From NCBI GenBank assembly GCA_002269645.1, contig NIVC01004797.1:1-34894 (forward strand): a DNA stretch of 34,894 nt. The letters run 5' to 3'. Below the pieces are notes generated by a model, which was not told where the DNA came from, made no database searches, and saw only the letters and a program-made list of their open reading frames with translations. The translations under genes were made by a program, and so were the position numbers. This DNA comes from Macrostomum lignano (taxonomy: Eukaryota). This document shows, piece by piece, positions 30,734 to 34,894 of this stretch (its first letter is position 1; the number at the start of each line of letters is the position of its first letter).

Positions 30734-31113
30734 CTTCTGAATCGTTCAAAAGAGGCTTCGGAAAAAAGCAGCCGTTTTTCACCCATGTAGGTAAAGACCT
30801 CTCATACAGAGCAGTCAGTTAACGATGCTCTCCGTAGATGCGCGCCTGCTTCGTTCTGTCGTCTTTGCACTTCGCTGGGTCACTTGATTGGTTCTTAGTT
30901 GGTAGTGGTGGTAGTTCACAGTACTCTTGTCCGTCGGAGTCGATACCAGCAACCAATGCTCCGTGCTGTTTCAAATGTTTAAGGTGTTCTTGTCCTCTCT
31001 CACGTAGAATATAGAGAATGGTGAATACCACCTCGTCCTGTAAGCGTTTCGGCTGTGGTTCTATCAAAGTACGCCTTGACTTTTTCCAGATCTCCTTCAT
31101 CGATCGGTAGAAA
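30734..31113 (-). pseudogene. Crypton-type tyrosine recombinase, middle exon
   Basis: FLPIDEGDLEKVKAYFD / PKRLQDEVVFTILYILRERGQEHL...GIDSDGQEYC...TKNQ...RIY...FFPKP includes the catalytic R (RxRGxE) and K (KN) motifs; one frameshift, one stop, donor AAG|GTAGGT after 30734. Confidence 0.75.
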
Positions 31114-32037
31114 CTGCTTAGTTGTTGACTAAGTGAAATTGATATTTTGTTGCTGTAAATTTTCTTTCCAGTCTATCGCTTTTTGTAACATATACTGGAA
31201 TGGAACTTTTCAGTCGCGTGAAGGCCTAAATATTTGTCTATGGCCCACTGCACCAAGGCCTTTAAATTTGTCTATGGTCGACTGGGTGCCTAATTTTAGT
31301 AGCATTAAGTAATGACCGATCTATTATTGAAATTTCATGTGCCATGTCAACAGGTTGCTTCTTTCTTGCTTGATTGACATATTCGCACGACTTTAAAGAT
31401 TTGAAGAAAAAGGACGCAAAAATTCAAATGGCGTGCCAAAGCAGAAAGCTTAGTCTCAATAATAAAATATATACCTATCAATCATACAGAAGAAGAAATT
31501 AAACGCTGCTGTTAGGGATGGCTTCGTTCAACGACTTTAATCTTCCTTGTCTTTACAGTCCAATACAGTAATAGTTTATGGCTTTAACTTTGGTTACATC
31601 TATAAATAACTGATACATTTACATAATAAATAATAATATATAATAATAACATCGAACAACTGATCGCGCAATATCAAAAGATGAAAAAAATTATAAACAA
31701 GGGCTGGCTAACTAACGCATGTCCATCGTACAGTTCATAGTGCGCGCATAATTCCCTAAAATAATACGAATAGCTAAATGGATCAAATCCCTTATAATTT
31801 TATAGAGTTTATTGCGCGCACTATCAACTGTTCCTTGTTCAACATATAAGATTATTCAATAAGCATGCATAGATTTATGAATAATAAAAATACTTTAACA
31901 ATTGTACGCACGAACTATAATAATATAAACTCAAAGTTAATAAGTAATATAAGTAAAAGCGAATAAAGCACGCACCTACGTGCGCGCTTTATACGCTATC
32001 GTACTAATAGTAATTAAACACACTGGCGGCGGATCTT

Positions 32038-32221
32038 TTAACTCAGCCGCTGAACCTTGGCGACAGGCTGCGAAACAACTCCCAAGCCTCCATCCTGGCC
32101 GCCGTCACAACTTGCTGAGTTTTGCCTCCGCCTCCGCCGCTGCTTGCTTCTGCCGCCGCCGCCGCCGCCGCCGCCGCTGTGCACTGCAGCATCAGCGCGC
32201 TGCGTCGGCCGAATCTCGCCG

Positions 32222-32258
<37 letters not shown>

Positions 32259-33840
32259 TGTCTTCGGCACCACCGCTGTCGGCCAGTAATGCCGATCGGA
32301 CAGCCAGCGCCGAGGAAATTGCGGCAGAAGCAGAAGCAGAAGAATTCGCCAACTCAGACGCTGCTGCTGCTGCTGCTGCTGTTGCTGGTTTAGTAGGCTG
32401 GCCGTTGCCAACTGCCTGGCGCGAGCGGATGACAACACCCATTTGCAGCGCCCTGTGCGCGTTATAGCTGTAGTTTTGGCATATAACCGCCGGCGAGGTG
32501 CCATGGGCGCGGGCAAATGCGTGCAGCTGCGCCGGCTCCATCGCCAGGACGACGCTGCATAGGGTGCGGCGCCAGTCAGTCGCAACATAATGCCGGCCGA
32601 GCAGCCTATCGCCTCCAGTGCTGATCATGCGGCTGAATGCGCTCTGACTGTAGCCGAGGCCATAAATATCCAAAAAAATTGTGGACACCTCGGGCGGAGG
32701 AACAGACTCCGCGCGCAACGAGGCTCGGCCGGATGTAGGCGTCGTGCAGGCGCAGCAGGGCGTCGCAGAAGAGGTCGGGCAGCACCATTGTGGCTGGCTG
32801 GCCATTTTGCCCGGCCTTGTGCGGAACTTCGGTCGGCGGCAGCACCAGGTGCGAGTGCCCAACGAGATCTTCTTCAGTGGCACTGATGCTGGTGTCGCGA
32901 AACAGCTGGTCCCGGTCGTCCGCCGCCCTGTGTCGCACTGCACGGTTAAGCAGATGCTGCCGCCGCAGATAAATCCACGGCAATAGTCTAATTGGCTGTT
33001 CCACGCTGCAAAAGAAAACGAACTCCTGCACAATGCGCCGGACACATACCATCTTGGCGCACAGCTGATTGTCGTCGTCGCTGCGAGACGAGCTGTTGCT
33101 GCTACTGCTGCTGCTGCTGCTGCTGCTCCAGTCTCCAGTTTGCGGCAGCGCCTCCCAACTGTTCTCAAGCAGCATATTAAAAAACCGGTCGCGCCGGTCA
33201 AAAATGTTGCACACTTTGCTACGTTTAATATAGCTGGCCATATAGCTCATCTGCCGACCATGGTGGCCAGCTTATGGAGCTGCTCCTGGAGTGAGCGTAC
33301 AGCGGCGAACTCACCTTCTGCTTCGCCGATCAGCGAAGACATGCGCGCAACTGCAAGCTGCCTAGCAGCGAGTGGGTTGTCGCTCATCAGCTGCTGCTGA
33401 GCTCGCCAGCCGGCCTGCTCGGCATCCCCTCTGTCGTCGGCATCGGCGGTGGTAGCGGCGGCGGCGGCGGCGGGGCGGCGGCACAAAAAACTTTGATTGG
33501 CGCAGTCTGATCGCGTCGAGCACCTGCTCAAGACAGCGATTGCCGCGCACTGTGAGCCAACCCAGGATGGTAACTATCTCCTAGCACTTGCGGCCCGCCG
33601 TTGAAGGCGCCAGCTTCAACTGATTGGTGACCACCTCCAAGCCAAAGACGCCAGCGATGAGGTCAGGCCGCAGCACTAGGTCGGCCAGAGTGAGCTGCTT
33701 GCGCTGCCACAGCCGCTCCTGTGTTGCCTCAACGGAATCGCGGATCTTTCCCCAGCGGCGTTTGTGGCTTTGGTTGGCGGAGATGCTTGAGGTAAGTTTT
33801 CAGTACTGCTTTGACTATATTCTTCTTACGGTTGCCGTTA
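32038..33840 (-). pseudogene. Second-type tyrosine recombinase (CryptonV-like) gene, main exon, disrupted
   Basis: LKLAPSTAGRKC*EIVTILGWL (core-binding-like), QPIRLLPW, VPHKAGQNGQPATMVL...YIRP, IFLDIYG...ATDWRRTLCS, and GTSPAVICQNY with Tyr nine residues after the usual H/W position. Stop at 33581-33583; frameshifts near 33475, 33250 and 32700; Ala/Gly homopolymer tail from (GCC)n and (GCT)n tracts. Confidence 0.6.
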
Positions 33841-34364
33841 TTAGTAATAAGCGTTATTAGTTGAATTATTTGAGTAGCTATTATCTATCTATCTCTTATA
33901 TTTGATCGCAGGCCCCTTCCATACTGCATGCAATTATAGGTGGAGCAGCACCTAAGCGCACAATTGAAATTAAAATTAGTTGAATATCTCTCCTCTTTCC
34001 TCGCAGGCCCCTTTTTATGCTGCATGCAATCAAGGACTACTTAACAACTCAGGACGCTACACTCGCGAATGGTAGAAATTCTAGAAAAGGCCGCTTGCTT
34101 TAGCTGTGTCTATGGTTTTTAAATAAGCCTTTTGGATAAAGAAGCAAGTACTAAGTGATAGATAATTATAAAAGTTTTGCGCTATAATAATTATTTTTTA
34201 CAGTTATACAAACAATAAAAATATGCAAATATTCCCAGCATAAGAATTGTAAATGACAATTGAAAAGTACGATATGCAACGAATCGGAAAACTCCGTACA
34301 TAACTGTATAAGGAAAACATAGATGGCTATAACAAAGTTTGAAAATATGCACGTCCTACTTACA

Positions 34365-34397
34365 CACTCACTCATTCACTCACTCACTCACTCACTC
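34365..34397. repeat. (CACT)n microsatellite beginning at a minus-strand GTGAGT splice donor
   Basis: Directly visible. Confidence 0.85.
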
Positions 34398-34894
34398 TCC
34401 GGTGAAGTGGGAGCAGCGTCCACAGGCATTTGCTGCCCGACATTTGAATCAGCGGCGGCCGCCGAGCTGCTCATGGCTTGCCACTCAGTCTGCGTGGCGA
34501 TAGTGTGCATTTCCGGACGTACAGCCGCGATGCGGCTCTGTTGATCGTCTGTTAACGCAGCCGCCGTTGATGTCTTTCTACTGCACACGCCGCGGTGCTT
34601 GCGGATCTGCCGGACAAATGCGTTGCATCCGGCGGTGCACAGAACGAGCCGCTCATCCTCATTATACACGTTCGGCTCCTTGGACAGTTCAAAAGACTTC
34701 CAAAGGAGCGAGCGGCGAGCCTCTGTGTTGGCGGGGACCCAGTCAGCATCTGATAGACACATATGCGCTGGAAAGGCCTGCCGGGGATGCCAGTCCGGCA
34801 ATAGCTTGTCAGCGTGATTTCGCATAAAATGCGCTTCGCGATGCCCGTTTAGGCACCACAAAGACACTGGGAAAATCCCTGATTTCCGGTACTC
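34396..34894 (-). CDS. Probable upstream exon of the recombinase gene, with Zn-finger-like motifs; runs off the window
   Basis: Open frame with CTAGCNAFVRQIRKHRGVC (C-x3-C...H-x3-C) and a HFMRNH motif, ending at GAGA|GTGAGT. Linkage to the recombinase is inferred from strand and adjacency. Confidence 0.45.

Noticed and set aside
31980-32467. Poly-Arg and poly-Pro plus-strand ORFs
   Set aside because: Opposite-strand shadows of the (GCC)n tracts in the recombinase tail.
19805-33840. Explaining all frameshifts as long-read assembly errors
   Set aside because: The 3.6-kb polB exon, the 466-aa ORF and all UBE2H exons in the same window are free of frame disruptions, so most lesions are probably real decay; individual ones still need read-level checks.

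Overview
Eukaryotic (animal) genomic DNA in three parts. (1) 1-8815: the right arm of an apparently intact Polinton/Maverick (adintovirus-like) element. It has an uninterrupted protein-primed family B DNA polymerase, probably spliced to a Ser/acidic repeat exon. It also has an intronless, divergent TATA-binding-protein homologue and a Cys/His-rich low-complexity ORF with a TATA box. The arm ends in a palindromic 47-bp tandem array and a ...CTACTACT terminus; the left arm is outside the window. (2) 11119-13746: a six-exon host gene for ubiquitin-conjugating enzyme E2 H (UBE2H/Ubc8) whose first intron has U12-type signals, followed by a CCAAT-box minisatellite with higher-order structure and a (GTCT)n tract. 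(3) About 16800-34894: a dense field of DNA-transposon remnants: a MITE, three P-element/THAP pieces, a mariner, three Crypton-type tyrosine recombinase exons and a second, different tyrosine-recombinase gene. All recognisable coding remnants there are on the minus strand, and the 8-mer CCATAGAC is strongly enriched. The best candidate for a new system is the Polinton-like element carrying its own TBP-like factor and a possible transactivator. All family assignments come from motif recognition by eye; no database search was run.
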